Part shown: positions 25,661 to 39,115 of the stretch, piece after piece
Numbering within the stretch: the stretch's first letter is position 1
How the letters are laid out: each line of letters starts with the position of its first letter
NCBI GenBank assembly: GCA_964016885.1
Contig: OZ024740.1
Location: forward strand, 57,040,001 to 57,104,000
Length of the DNA stretch: 64,000 nucleotides
From: Eledone cirrhosa
Lineage: Eukaryota
Direction of reading: 5' to 3'
Program-made: the position numbers and the translations under genes
Notes under the pieces: model-generated
What the model saw: the letters and a program-made list of their open reading frames with translations, nothing else
Told to the model about the DNA's origin: nothing
Database searches by the model: none

Positions 25661-25821
25661 ATACTGGAAACTGGAAGGAATGCACTATGTTCAGACCTGG
25701 AGAGGGATGGACTTCACCAGGTTTGTGTCAAGACACTCTACGTTAGAGCTATGTCTCCACGGGTAGTTAGCAGTGCATGGCATTTCTCTCTCGACGATCT
25801 TACTTGTCATTATAAATGTTA

Positions 25822-25924
25822 ATCCCGCCGAGGTTAACTTTGCCTTTCATCCTTACGGGGTCGATAAAATAAAGTACCAGTAATGTACTGATTGATTGCT
25901 GGCCGTATGCCAATAGTAGAAACA
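25822..25924 (+). mobile_element. 5'-truncated SINE (family A) with 13-bp TSD
   Basis: Core GCCTTTCATCCTTACGGGGTCGATAAAAT; TSD ATTATAAATGTTA at 25809-25821 and 25925-25937. Confidence 0.85.
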
Positions 25925-26267
25925 ATTATAAATGTTATTTGGGAAACGTGCTATCATTTGTAACGCACTCCATTATTGAAGTCAATAAGAAGAAAAAACT
26001 TGATATTCTTTAACCTTTCAAAACATTTCTTTCTTTCCAAAACAATAGAAGCACTGTAACAATTCTGAATGGAAACTTTTTCAAATGTTGAGTTTATTTT
26101 TTTTTTTTTACTGTTTTATTTTTTCATTGAATTCTAGAAATTACAAAAGTAATTTACTTAAATGAATTTTTCTTACAGCTATTTAGTTACAGAATATAAT
26201 CGAATAAAAATACCTTTCACAGAGGGGCAATAGAATTTTTTAAGTTATACGCCATTTAATATTTTAT

Positions 26268-26291
26268 CATTATTATTATTATTATTATTAT

Positions 26292-26347
<56 letters not shown>

Positions 26348-26378
26348 TTGAAGGTTGGAGGGGTGATAGAAGCAACAT

Positions 26379-26411
<33 letters not shown>

Positions 26412-26443
26412 TAGTAGGTGGTGGTGGTGGTGGTGGTGGTGGT
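26268..26443. repeat. compound trinucleotide microsatellite (ATT)(AGT)(GCA)(GTA)(GGT)
   Basis: Seen directly. Confidence 0.9.
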
Positions 26444-26695
26444 TTTGCTTTCTTCCTTTCTGATGAGATAATCTTTCGAAATCAACGTATCCCTTTCATT
26501 TTAATATACATGAATAATTTACATCAAAAGGAACACAATTCTACCATGCACCACACATCAAAAGGAACAACATTCTGAAACTAAACACATAGAGCTAAAG
26601 GTTCCAAAGCTAATAGTAGCGTTGATTTGTGTCTTATATCACAAAATGGTATTCGTGTTGTATTTCTTTCTTTTTTCTGCTGTATTATTTAAAAC

Positions 26696-26917
26696 TAGGA
26701 GAGTGGTAGATTGGCAGAATCGGAAGAGCATCGGACACAATGCTTAGTGGCATGGAGTTACGGCCCTTTACATTCTGGGTTAAAATCCCGCAGATGTTAA
26801 CTTTGTTTTTCATCCTTACGGGTTCGATAAAATAAAATACCAGTCATGCACTGGTGGTCGATTTAATGGACTTTCGCCTCCCCCCAAATGACTGGCTTTG
26901 TGCCTAAAGTAGAAACA
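26696..26917 (+). mobile_element. full-length SINE (family A) with 12-bp TSD
   Basis: A/B boxes, core and tail GTGCCTAAAGTAGAAAC; TSD ATTATTTAAAAC at 26684-26695 and 26918-26929. Confidence 0.85.
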
Positions 26918-27255
26918 ATTATTTAAAACAAAAGGATCTGTGCCGTCAACAATGATGGAAATAGCATTGTACGTATTTTATTTTTGTAGTCCAGGATTGG
27001 TCTGCCAATACCAGAATTAATTGGTATATGAGCAATCATACAAACTTTAAAATCTGCGTTTTGATAAATTAATTGTTTGCATACATAAGCGAAATCTTAT
27101 ATTTTATGTTGATTACTGACACGTGGAAATGATTAAAGATAAACGTGATAAATTAATTTATTTCTAGGATAAAATTACATAAATGTTCAACATTTATATA
27201 CTGTATATACATACAGAATAAATATTAATAAGGATTTGAATAAAATCATTTAATT

Positions 27256-27322
27256 GATTTACGACCGTTTCGTTAGATTAACTGGAATATTCTATTCTTG
27301 TTAGAATAAGGTCATCAGAATC
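27256..27322 (-). ncRNA. hammerhead motif
   Basis: GATT-CTGATGA-...-GAAACGGTCGTA-AATC; stem II poorly closed. Confidence 0.6.
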
Positions 27323-27416
27323 GACTGAATACAAATAACCTTATAGGCCCATGAATTACTGCTTTAAATCGTTATTTGCCTTTATATGGTTGTACTATCA
27401 ACTCATTTAAACTCTC

Positions 27417-27457
<41 letters not shown>

Positions 27458-27643
27458 GTATGGTCTACCTCAGGTGGTAGGGTCCGTACCGTAGATAGAA
27501 CTCAATGTAATCCGATGGCGAGTAATCCAGTAAAATCCATAGAGAAGTTCTGTTTCGGTGAGTTATTTCTTTAGATACAGAGTCAAATATTAAATTAACA
27601 ATGAAAATAAAAATAAAAAAGTCAAGTAACTTTACTTATTCAT

Positions 27644-27697
27644 ATTGTTTTACGATCGTTTCGGAGGGTCGATCAGACCGTCTTCTTCGGAAACAAT
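27644..27697 (-). ncRNA. hammerhead motif (U4C core)
   Basis: ATTGTTT-CCGAAGA-AGACGGTC TGATC GACCCTCC-GAAACGATCGTA-AAACAAT. Confidence 0.65.
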
Positions 27698-27719
27698 GAT
27701 TTGTGTGTGTGTGTGTGCG

Positions 27720-27880
27720 TCTGCGTGTGATGGACACCTTTTTTATTTCCCTCTCCCAAATTTCCATCAAAAAGCACTGTTTCATGTGAGTCTATAAAAG
27801 AAAAGACCTGACCAAAGTGACTCGAACTCGGTCCGAATTGGAACCATGAAATTCTTAACCACTGAGTTGCGCCAGTCTCC
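27720..27880 (-). mobile_element. degraded SINE (family B)
   Basis: Minus strand TGGCGCAACTCAGTGGTTAAGAATTT..GGTTCCAATTC. Confidence 0.45.
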
Positions 27881-29117
27881 ATGCTTATACTTCAACAATA
27901 AAATATTTGGTGCAATAATAATTTTAGCTTAAATTATTATTCACTTTTTAATAATATATCACTTTATAGAACGGGAGCATCTGTAGTGCTTCTACAGGAA
28001 ATAGCCAGTGCAGTAGCTTTTAAAGTCCCATTAAATCTTCGTTTAAAATCTTCGTAAATTATTAACAAGAGTTCATTTTTACGATATCTATGAGATAACG
28101 ACTTTGTAAACAGAAGACAGTCCACTTAAGATTAGGTCCGACTTCATATTTATAGAAAATGCTGGTTTAGATAAAAAGAAAAGAAAATTAGATGGCTTGG
28201 AATTATTGAATGGAATGTCTGTCAATAAACCCTGAAGCAGGAAATTATGTTTCTTCGGCGATAAACTATATTCTTTGTGTAAGAAATTGTACAAATTTAA
28301 TTTCTTACGTAAGGAACGGACTTGTGTATATTAAATAAATGACTAAAAGTACAGAAACAATGGACATCTGGAGTTTATATTGCTCAATATTTATATAATC
28401 ATGTAAATACATATAAGATTAGTCAGAGAGTTCATCCCGCTCAATTTTGTGTTTTTGATGGGTTGTGGTTTCTATGTTTTCCTAGTGTTTGTTGAGAGCC
28501 TTCAGGTCTTTTTCGGGTAAAGCCGGAAAGTTCCATGCAATGTGACTCATGGTCTTCTCTATATGCTTCTTCCTTCTGCTGATGCCCATCTCAATACTGT
28601 TCTTGCATACCGATGGCCAGCCAGTCGCATTCTTCTTTTCGTTAACGTGTCTTCGAATCTTTATGACATTGCTCCTCTTCAAATTTCGCTTTAGCGAAAG
28701 GCATCCAGCATTTGTGGGATTTTCACAGTTTTCCAGTTTTCTTTATCGTTTCGCTTGCATACAGCACAGTTGCTAGTACGATAGTATTGTTCTGGCAAAT
28801 CTTGACGGTGATGATGCGTTTGTGCATTTATTAAAATACTGCTGTCGCCGTTTTGATTCTGAGATCGGCGTCAGTGTCTCTAAAATCACACAAATACTAC
28901 CAAGATGAATGAATCATCTCGCTTCTTTAACAGTATTTACTTCAACAATGAAGATGTTGTTCTTTGTTCTGTTAACGATGTATTTGGTAGTTTGTTGCAT
29001 TAAAATAATTAGATATTACGGGCGATGAGGAAAAGATTTTGTAGCAGTAATATAACTAAAGAAAATCCTGAACAATAGTATAAACAAACGGATTTTCAAT
29101 ATCATATAAAAGATATC

Positions 29118-29270
29118 CGTGTAGTTAAAAAGTTTGTTTCAAAACTACGTGGTTTTAGGTTCAATTCCATTGCGTAGCACATAGGGTAAGTGTCTTTAAG
29201 CATAAACTCGAGTTGACCAAAACCTTGTGTAGAAAATTTGGTAAACGTCAAATGTATGGAAACCATTCGG
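29118..29270 (+). mobile_element. degraded SINE (family B)
   Basis: CGTGTAGTTAAAAAGTTTG..GGTTCAATTCC..GGGTAAGTGTC..GACCAAAACCTTGTG. Confidence 0.55.
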
Positions 29271-29754
29271 AGAAAACAATCTTATTCTAGGTGAAAGACT
29301 TAACCCAGCACAAGTTCAATACTATCATCTATAACTAGGGTGACGTTAGCGGGGTTCACTTTATTGCAAGCATTTGGACTAAGTTTGCGTTCTGGGAAAT
29401 GACTTCCTCCATTTCTCACATCTATTTGAGGGGCCTTGAAATATACCAAAGGCGCGGCCCTACCTCTACTGACAAAACGTGTGAATTTTTTTTTTTTTAA
29501 TAAATAAATCATTTAGTATTTATTTCAAATTTGAATTACACCTTATAATTTTAGTAAGGAATAGTCACCGGACTGGACTAAGTGGACGACATAAACATTC
29601 CAAAAATACGATTTTTGATTATATTCCCCAAAGATCTTCTATATATGAACAGCACAGTTCACAAATATATATATATATATATAGTAATAATAATAAATGT
29701 GAAGACTAAAATCCGAAGAGGGTTAGATAAGGATAATATATATATATATATCTG

Positions 29755-31680
29755 GCACTAGACGCACAAACACTACCAGCCAACACCAAAGTACGCTTTC
29801 CACACGCATAAGTCAGAGTCTCAAAATCTTCCGACATTCCCAACGCGAGAGACTATGACTGCTGAGTGACTGTCCCTTTACTCATCTTCCTGGGACACAA
29901 CGCACTAACAGAAGAGGGGCTCCAAGCCAACACATAAACCACAATAAAACCACCCCTGCTGCAGTAATGCTGGTCCATTCTTTTCACAAAGACAACAACA
30001 ACAACAACAACAACAAATACAACAGCAACAAATACAACAACAAAAACAACAACAACAAAAGAGGGAACTACAACTCTATCCAACGGTGTAACCACAATTC
30101 CAGTCAAAAGCTGCTCCCTGAACAAGAAAATTTTTCTTTTTTAGCCATCTTGAACCTAGCAAAAGAGATACAGAAAAACCTTTTAGCCATCACCAAACAC
30201 TATCCTATGACATTACCCCAGTGCACCCCCCCCACACCCCACATTGCTATCACTAACACACAATCTCAAAACAAGCCACCTGCAACAGTCAAAACCAGCC
30301 ACCACACTAGCCTCCATATGTCTACTCAATACACAAGGTATCAGCCCATCCATCAATGCACAGAAATGGAAGATCCAATTCATTGAAGATTGGGTTGGTA
30401 ACCATCCATTCCACATCCCTTTCTTCATTATTACTGAGACCCACCTTGACAACTCCCACTTGGAGGCCGAAGTAAGAGTGAGAAATGTCACAACGAGCCG
30501 TGCGGATCGTGTTGACAGAAGGAAGGGTGGAACTGCCATTTTCCTGCATGATTACAGCAGATGGTAATACATTTTCCAATGGCTACTGTGAATCAGTCAC
30601 CGTGCACAACAAAGCCAATAACCTGATATTAATTGGGCTCTATAGGCCACCCCAAACACCCATAATGCGCTTCAAAGAATGCCTCAACAGCATTAAGTGC
30701 TTTATTCAACAGTGCCATTCTAGTAACATACTTTTGATGGGAGACTTTAATCTACCCACTGTTGATTGGTCTACAAACCAGGCACTCCTACCTCAACCAC
30801 TGACAAAGAAGCAGTCGAGTCACTTTATGAATGAGTTTTTCTTGTCCCAACTTGTCCTTGCACCAATTAGGCATAAGAAGAACATTTTGGACCTAGGGTT
30901 TAGTAACCTCACTAACACTATACATAATATTACAGTGGAAAAAACCCTTCTCTCAGACCATGACATGGTTCTTTGTAACTTGAGATTCCACCAGCCGAAA
31001 GCTAATCCTAGGGACCCCTTTCCAGCCCACCCATTTGATAACATGGATCTCTATAATGCCAACTGGGATGCAATCATGAACGAACTATCACATGTTGATT
31101 GGTCTTTTACACACGCACTCATTTCCACCAATATCAAAACATCTTGGCAGATCTTTGTAGACACTGTCACAAATATATGTACAAAACACACCCCACTAAA
31201 ACCTGTGAACAAAACAAAGTGCTGTATCCCCCAAAACAAAAAAACTATTATCAGAAAAATAAAAAGAACAAACAATAAAATTAACACAATAAAATACTAC
31301 AAACAGCAACACACACATTCTACGGCTATCACCCTGCTTGAATCAAATAAATATAACCTCCAACAATGCATGAAGAATATCATCAATAACCAAAAGAACA
31401 GTTGAAGAGAAATGGACCATTGAGAAAATCAAACTCAACCCCAAAGTGTTCTTTTCATTTGCGAAAAAACACAAGGTCACTGTCTCCACTGTTGGCCCTC
31501 TAATTGAAGATAATGCCAAAACCATGGGCGAGATACTCCAGAAACAATACTGCTCTGTTTTCAGCAATCCTGATATGGCCGATCTGGGCTGTATCAGTGA
31601 TGTTAATCCCCAACACACTATATCGGACATAGGGTTTGGCGCCCCTCATGCCTTAGTGGCAATAAACGAAATTAATTGAA
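29755..31680 (+). mobile_element. degraded CR1/L2-group LINE fragment (APE endonuclease and linker)
   Basis: ITETHL, RKGGTAIF, GLYRPP, MGDFNLPTVDW, ILDLGF, SDHDMV, NPKVFFSFAK; multiple frameshifts and stops. Confidence 0.8.
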
Positions 31681-31841
31681 AGTTCTGACCAAATACAGGG
31701 CCAGGATAAATCTTACCCGGAATGAACTAACAAAAATCATCTTCCAAACATTATTCTAGCGTGAGTTGTCTCCCTTATCGCCGTCCATTGCGGAAAATCC
31801 GGTTAGCTCGTATACACATCCGTTCTCAGCAAACCTAACTC

Positions 31842-31876
31842 GGGTTGAAAATCCTCTAGGTGAAACGCGCGTCCTC
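31842..31876 (+). ncRNA. minimal hammerhead motif, U3-A8 variant, in a pLTR-like tail
   Basis: GGG-TTGAAAA-TCCT CT AGGT-GAAACGCGCGTC-CTC; the context (GTTGTCTCCCTTA, ATACACATCC) parallels 35215-35375. Confidence 0.55.
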
Positions 31877-31908
31877 CAGTATGGTTTTCTAATTTGTTGT
31901 GAAACTAA

Positions 31909-31979
<71 letters not shown>

Positions 31980-32063
31980 ACCCTCTTCTGCTACATCAAG
32001 CGTTAACCTAATATATCCCTTCCATATACTGTACCGATTGTGTTGTTATTTCTGTTTACCTTT

Positions 32064-32130
<67 letters not shown>

Positions 32131-32149
32131 ATATATATATATATATATA

Positions 32150-32461
32150 GTGAAAGAGTGAAGAATAACATGGTCTACAGTACAAAAAGGGTTTTATTTA
32201 TAGTATCAACAATTGTTTCATTGATTAGGATGTCTAAAGATTGTTAATCACTCGAAGTTGTGTCACCCAATCTTAAATACAGAGTATGCCTAATAAAATC
32301 ATCGGAATAACTGACAAAATTCCACTCGATGTTTGTATTTATACTACGGAGAATTCAAATAACAACATTAATAATAAAGAAAAAAAAGGAAAAGAGAAAG
32401 AAAAAGAAAAAGAAAAAATAATAATAAAGAAGAAGTTAGAATGAAGATGATAAAAAATAAG

Positions 32462-32499
<38 letters not shown>

Positions 32500-33225
32500 C
32501 GTGAAAAAAATATATTAACATAATATGATTGTTGAAAATAGTGGTGGTGGTGGTGGTTAAAGTTATAATGGTGTGTAAGTATAAAGATGTGATTAGGGTA
32601 GGAATATTATTAATATGAAAATAAATATTAAATATATACATATGTATTGGTTAAATCACAGATGGTTAGAGTAGGAAGAAAGAATATAATGATAAATAAC
32701 ATATAAGAGATAAATTAATAAATTAGAAGTTAGGTTAGAGGTTAGGAGATACAGGATAGGATATAAGGGAGGAGGTGAAATAGCTTTAGGGAGAGAAAGA
32801 AAGGTTAGGAGGTTTATGATGTTGATTTAGTGATTAGTTGGTCTGTTGACAGTTAATAATAATGAGTTGATATGTAGTTATTATAGTAGACTCTGGGTGG
32901 TTCAGCTAGAATTATGGGATTGTTGGATCGAATCATGTTGGTTTGAAATTTGCGAATTTAGTAGCTGCTTTGTGCCTACAGAAAATTGATCGTTCTATTT
33001 TGCTGTTAAAATATGGAACAGCTCCATATTGCGAAGTCCGCAGTGGGACACTCCATTTATGTAGGCCTTTGCTCCCGATAATTTCGACCAACTAATCCTG
33101 TATTTTGGGTTTGTATCCTTAAGCTGCCAGATTTTATTGGCCAGCGTTGTTGTGTTTTCTAGTCTACGGTTCTTCATAGAATGTCTGTGAACATACCATC
33201 TTTTTTTAACTCCCCAGCCGTAGAA

Positions 33226-33228
<3 letters not shown>
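32150..33228 (-). mobile_element. PLE 3' remnant (GIY-YIG C-terminus, 3' UTR/pLTR)
   Basis: KKRWYVHRHSMKN..TTLANKIWQLKD..ISWSKL..CGLRNME parallels the 39435 ORF. Confidence 0.75.
32204..32309 (-). ncRNA. hammerhead motif with long stem II (U4C)
   Basis: TATT-CCGATGA-..ATTAGG...CCTAAT..-GAAACAATTGTT-GATA. Confidence 0.55.
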
Positions 33229-33262
<34 letters not shown>

Positions 33263-33264
<2 letters not shown>

Positions 33265-35396
33265 CTTAGTCGCTAACATTTCCTTTCGCAAACACACTAA
33301 CACCTTTCAAACGAAACTCAGAAACGATATTAAGAAATTTAGGTCTTCTAATAACACCTTCGTCCTTTCCGACAAAACTAATAATATTTACGAAGTCGAC
33401 AACACCACTTTCCGCCACCTGGCCCATAACGCTATTACGTCTAAATATAAGAAAGCTAACCCTATGGCCTACCACGACATTAATACAGAAGCCAAGGAAC
33501 TCGCCACCGACCTTAAGGTAGATAAGAAGCTACAATCTCTAGCTAAGCGGGAGGCGTTCCTCACCCTGAAAGATCACAAGGTAGACTTTACTTCTAACCC
33601 CACATATAGACTAATAAACCCAGCACGCACAGATATGGGACTAGTCAGTAAGGCCATACCTAGAAACATAGTTAAGACCATTAGGACCAAGTCCAACCTG
33701 CCCCAGTGGGAGAACAGCGACTCCGTAATTAAGTGGTTTAACTTCTTAAAATCCAAAAAAGCGAAGTTCACACAGTTTGACATTGTCGATTTTTACCCGT
33801 CGATCTCAGAGACCCTGTTAAACAAAGCTTGGACTTCGCTACCACTTATACCACCGTCGATGGTTTAGACAGGGAAATCATCGCTCACTGCCGGAAAACC
33901 CTCTTCTTCAACTACGGAGTAGCCTGGGCAAAGAAGTCTACATATTCAGACCTATACGACGACTCCATGGGATCGCTTGACAGTGCTGACGTACGTGATT
34001 TGGTTGGCCTTTTTATCTTAGACATATTACGTGTTAGATTCCCGGACTTCCACACGGGAATATACCGTGACGATGGACTGACTTTATCGAGCCATAAAAG
34101 TGGTCACGACCTCGACCGGTTTAAAAAAGACTTAGCTTCTACCTTCAATGAGTTAGGCCTTAGGATAACAGTAGCTACCAACCTCTCTAGCGTAGATTTC
34201 TTAGACATCAATTTAGACCTTCGCACACACACACCCACAGACCCTTCCATAAGCTAAACGAGAAACTTAATTACATTCACAAGGACTCATGCCACCCTGC
34301 CACTGTTTTTAGAAACTTCGTTAAGAATATAAGTACTAGAATCTCAAACCTCTCCTCTAATAAGGCTATCTTTGACAGGGCGGCACCCTACTATAACACG
34401 GCGTTGGCTAACAGCGGCTTCTCCCAACCTATCACTTACTCTCCCACTAGCAACAACACCATTAAGAAAAGTAAACGCAACAATAGACAAACTATCTGGT
34501 TCTCTCCTCCCTTCTCACTCAACGTTAAAACCAATGTAGGAAAAAATGTCTAGCCCTCTTAGATAGACACTTTCCCATAGGTCATAAATACCGCTCCATC
34601 TTTAACCGACACAAAGTTAAACTAGTATACTCCTGCGCTAAGAACATGAAGGCCCACATCACCAGCAGCCCTAGGAGCAACACCCCACCAGGGTGCTCTT
34701 GCCGTAAGCCTGAAGCTTGCCCCCTTCAACAGCAATGCAACACACCAGCTGTAATCTATGAAACTGTAGTCACTTCCAACCGACCAAACGAACCAAAGGA
34801 GGTCAAATCCTATGTGGGCATGGCGGAGGCCGGATTCAAGGAGTGTTTCCTGAACCACCAGTCTACCTTCAGATACCCGAACAGACGTTCATCCACGAAA
34901 GTCGCGAGCCACGTATGGTCCCTCAAGGACTCAAGTAATAGGCTACTCCATTCAATGGAAAGCCATCACTAAGTCCAAGCCATACGCAAGGGGAAATCCG
35001 ACATGTAGCTTATGTATTGACGAACGAATAACTATCCTAAAGAGATTACGCAATGGTGATTGCCTAAACACGAGAAGTGAATTTTTCACACGTTGTCCAC
35101 ACGTCACCAAACATCTATTGCATAACCACAAGGCTCTGGACTGATTCTTTGTAATTTTATTTTCAATTTTATTTTAATTTTATTTTCAACCTAAAAACTT
35201 TCCGGACTTTCGCAGTTATCTCCCTTACACCTCTCGCACGCAGTCTAGTATTGCTTGTGTGAAGGGACCGAGTTTCTGCGCATGCGCGTTCGTACGGTTG
35301 TCCTCCCTGTTCCTATAACCATACACATCCCGAGCTGAAGATCCGCTAAAGTGAAACAATTGTTCTCGGTATGGTGAACTAAATGTTGTGTAACCA

Positions 35397-35399
<3 letters not shown>
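33263..35399 (+). mobile_element. Penelope-like element (Naiad-like), 5'-truncated and frameshifted
   Basis: FLTLKDHK, RLINPA, FDIVDFYPSI, GIYRDDGL, DFLDINLDL, CSCRKPEACPLQQQC, VIYE..SYVGMAE (GIY-YIG); (TA)n flanks. Confidence 0.92.
35330..35369 (+). ncRNA. minimal hammerhead ribozyme in PLE 3' region
   Basis: CCGAG-CTGAAGA-TCCGCTAAAGT-GAAACAATTGTT-CTCGG. Confidence 0.78.
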
Positions 35400-35456
<57 letters not shown>

Positions 35457-35486
35457 TATATGTGTGTGTGTGTGTAAACAACACAT

Positions 35487-35578
<92 letters not shown>

Positions 35579-35581
35579 TGG

Positions 35582-35641
<60 letters not shown>

Positions 35642-36494
35642 GTGGAATATATATATATATATAAATATATATATATTTCACCCTTATCTATGCATGAAAT
35701 ATCTTGTTTTTCTTTCTTATCTATGTACAGCTTCCCCAACCCAACCACCTCATATTTGTTCCATTTTAGATCAATTTCTCATCCCAGATGTTGAACTCAC
35801 CAACTTAGTAAAATTAGTTGGCTTAGACAATGACAAATACGAAACACAAATAACAACATATTGCATCGTGTTGATTCTTAACGTTCGTAATATATACTAT
35901 TTTTTAATTAGTCGAGTAATCTATTTTTTAATAGTCTTTTATGATTCAGTTTTTTAATAATCTTTTCTGTCAGGTCACTCTCGAGTGCTACTGGTAGCAT
36001 GTAACCCAGTATAACCTGTCGCATGGTCGGGTCGTTGGCGACTAAACTGGTAACCCCACCAAGTTTACTTGGTGAGGAGGGTGATTATGAACACCCTGCA
36101 GGACAAAAAAAACAAACCCGACAAAGGACAAAAGACCTCATAAGAGTCAACGACCATCTAAAAAAAAAATCAATCCTGCCAAATCGATGGGTGGCAATAA
36201 TTCCAGCTGCACACATCGAAAGACTGTGTAGTGGTTATGAGAACAATGCGGTTTTGCAGATGATCAATGCAAATTGACAATGGAAAGGCGCTGCCGCTCG
36301 AGTTAGAAGAGAACTATTGAGCTTCAGCAGAAGCAGCGACCCCTGATTGTATTCAGCAACTGAAACAAATATGAAGTACAGCAAATCCAATGCTCCTAGG
36401 TGCGGCTCTGGTTCTTTTTATTTGCGAGTGTAAACTCGGCCAAATTATATTAGATTATGATTCGGCCTAGTCATAATTTGACTTATAATGTAAT

Positions 36495-36671
36495 AGGCAG
36501 TATCGGTAGAGGGTTGGACGCCATGCTTTCTAGCATAGTTACGTCCCTTTACAGTCTGAGTTCAAATCCCGCCTAGGTTAACTTTGCCTTTCATCCTTAC
36601 GGGGTCGATAAAATAAAGTACCAGTAATGTACTGGGTTATTGCTGGCCTTGTGCCTAAAGTAGAAACAATT
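36495..36671 (+). mobile_element. SINE (family A)
   Basis: Close match to the reverse complement of 9845-10029. Confidence 0.88.
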
Positions 36672-37775
36672 ATATCTTATAGAATTTTCTTCCTTAAGCT
36701 TTCTCCAAGTTAGTGTTATGTTTTATCAATCTTTCTCGTTGAAAATTCTCCTTAATGTAAACAGAGACTGCAATACTGCAATACGTTTCTAATCACCGTT
36801 TTAAGCGGCAAGCTATTCTACTTTTAAAATTATATACAAACTCCAGAGCCACACCGCTGGATTTATATATTGATTCACGGAGGATGGAAATGCACTTAAC
36901 CTGTGAAAGTACTTCTAAATTAGAAGGAATTTTAATAGGTTTTAAATTAGAAAGATTAATGTTAAGTTTGATATTTTGTATGAGGTTACACAGTATGCAA
37001 TAAAGCTACACCTTTGAATTACAGCGATAATCTATCCGACAGTCGTCCACATAGTTTCCTGCTTATCAATTTCGCTCGCGTAGTGTATATAAAGCTAGTC
37101 AACCATCCTGTACGTCATGTCAGTTCATCTGTTATGTACATCTAAAAATATGAAGGATTCAAATAAAAGGATTTGAAGTCAACATTGAGACACTCGTCAA
37201 TGTTACAGTGTTATAATGCGCTTGATATAGATAAAGACAAATGAATTTGTGATTCAGTGTATGACAAGAGATATCAAGTGACAGATATATGTATAACAAT
37301 ATACACTCTTGACTGGTGCAATGTGTCCGAAAACGAAAGAGCCGAACTCCCACCGTCATCGCCCCCATCTCTCTCGCCCTCCCTGTCTCTGTATAGTGAG
37401 CAAATGGGGTCCCACGTGCTGGCCGCCACACAGCCCCATGCGGACAGAATGGAGAAGGCGTTTCCCCGGAGGATGGTAAGGGAGATGCGCTGGAAGAGCC
37501 AGTAGAAACGTGTTGTAGTATCTGTTTACAGTAGGGTGAGTTTTCGTCGAGAAACATTAATACGACTTAGATATCTTCGACGTTATCGCCCATACTTTCC
37601 AAAATTATAAAATAATAATGCATGTATGGACCTATAACTCCCCATAGTGTCTTAGGTCTGCTGTAGTGACATACTACGTTTCTTGGGCATTTTAAACCTG
37701 GCAGAGGACAGCTGGTTCTTCTCCAGAGAAGGAAAGAGAGTGGTAGAGAGGGAGTGAGAAAGGGACATAGAGGAA

Positions 37776-37932
37776 GAATCGACCCAGTACTACACTGGTA
37801 CTTTTTATAGAACTCGAAAGGATGAAACATAAAGTTGACCTCAGCAAGTTTTGAAATAAGAGCGCAGAGAGCCGACACGATTACTGCAAATTATTCTATC
37901 TGATGTTCTAACACCTCTGCCAATTTGCCGCC
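37776..37932 (-). mobile_element. degraded SINE (family A)
   Basis: Minus strand GGCGGCAAATTGGCAGAGG..GTCAACTTTATGTTTCATCCTTTCGAG..AAGTACCAGT. Confidence 0.65.
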
Positions 37933-38339
37933 TATTAAACATTGAGTTAATGTCTTTTTCCTACATCGCAAAGTAATTTTAATTAGACTTGTTATGCTCT
38001 CTGCATTAAATATGTTAACACTAATTAGACTACAATTAAGTGTTAAGTGGTTTAGCCATATACAGAACGAAAGCCACCGATACAGTTTACAGATAGCTGA
38101 CACTTGGATTACTGATAAAACATTACTTACTCTACTAACAGCAGCACTATTTTCCAAGGGTGATACAGATACATATATATATATATATACAGTATTTTCC
38201 GTTGTGTTGTAATATAAATATTACACACAGTAGATTATCAGCTCACGTAGAGTTTGCTCGACGGTTCCAGTTGTAGTTCCAAAAGTAATCCGGAGAAAAA
38301 TAGAAAGATTTGAATGGATACAGTTTAGTTGAAAGGAAT

Positions 38340-38456
38340 TTATTGACACGTGTTTCTATAACAGTTACATAACCTAAAACAGCTATCTACAAACTTTTAG
38401 TTATGCAGACATTCAATATTTCAATGTTATTATTTACTGTCATTTCATCAGAATAA
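38340..38456 (-). ncRNA. hammerhead ribozyme, extended stem II (mirror copy)
   Basis: Reverse complement of 42205-42321. Confidence 0.8.
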
Positions 38457-39042
38457 TATTACTGAGGACATATTTAGTTTTTATAGAGAATATTAGGAGG
38501 GAGGGGTGAAGTTGTTAGAAGAATAGTTGAAGGAGTGGTTTTTCGATAGCAGTGAGAATTCTTGGTGGCAGTGAGTAATTAGATTCCCATCTGTTGTTTT
38601 GACATTTTTTATAGAATATATTATTGGTTATTTTTCTAAATCTATAGAAGGATTAGAGATAGTAAAGATATGCGTGGTTGGTTTTGTGTTTGCACTTAAT
38701 TAACATTCAGACTTAAATTTTTCTTTCAAGTGTACGTATCCTTTCACCCACGCATTCACACACAAATATATTTGCACACCTCTACAAAATACATATACTC
38801 ACAATTCACATATTCATACTTACATATATATACACATGCATACACATATATATACACACATGTATTCATGTACATACATACGCGCTCATGTGTATACATT
38901 TTCATACTCAACTTATCTTTATATACACACGTATAGACACACACATATATACATACATACTCTAGTCCATGTGTACACACATACACATACTTACACATCC
39001 ATATACACATATATACATACATATATATATATACATACATAT

Positions 39043-39115
<73 letters not shown>

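Noticed and set aside
28480-29480. Possible Tc1/mariner transposase remnant
   Set aside because: Only vague similarity; no DDE/D motif or TIR pair could be identified.
37330-37505. Locally GC-rich segment as a promoter or exon
   Set aside because: No recognisable motif, homology or splice structure.
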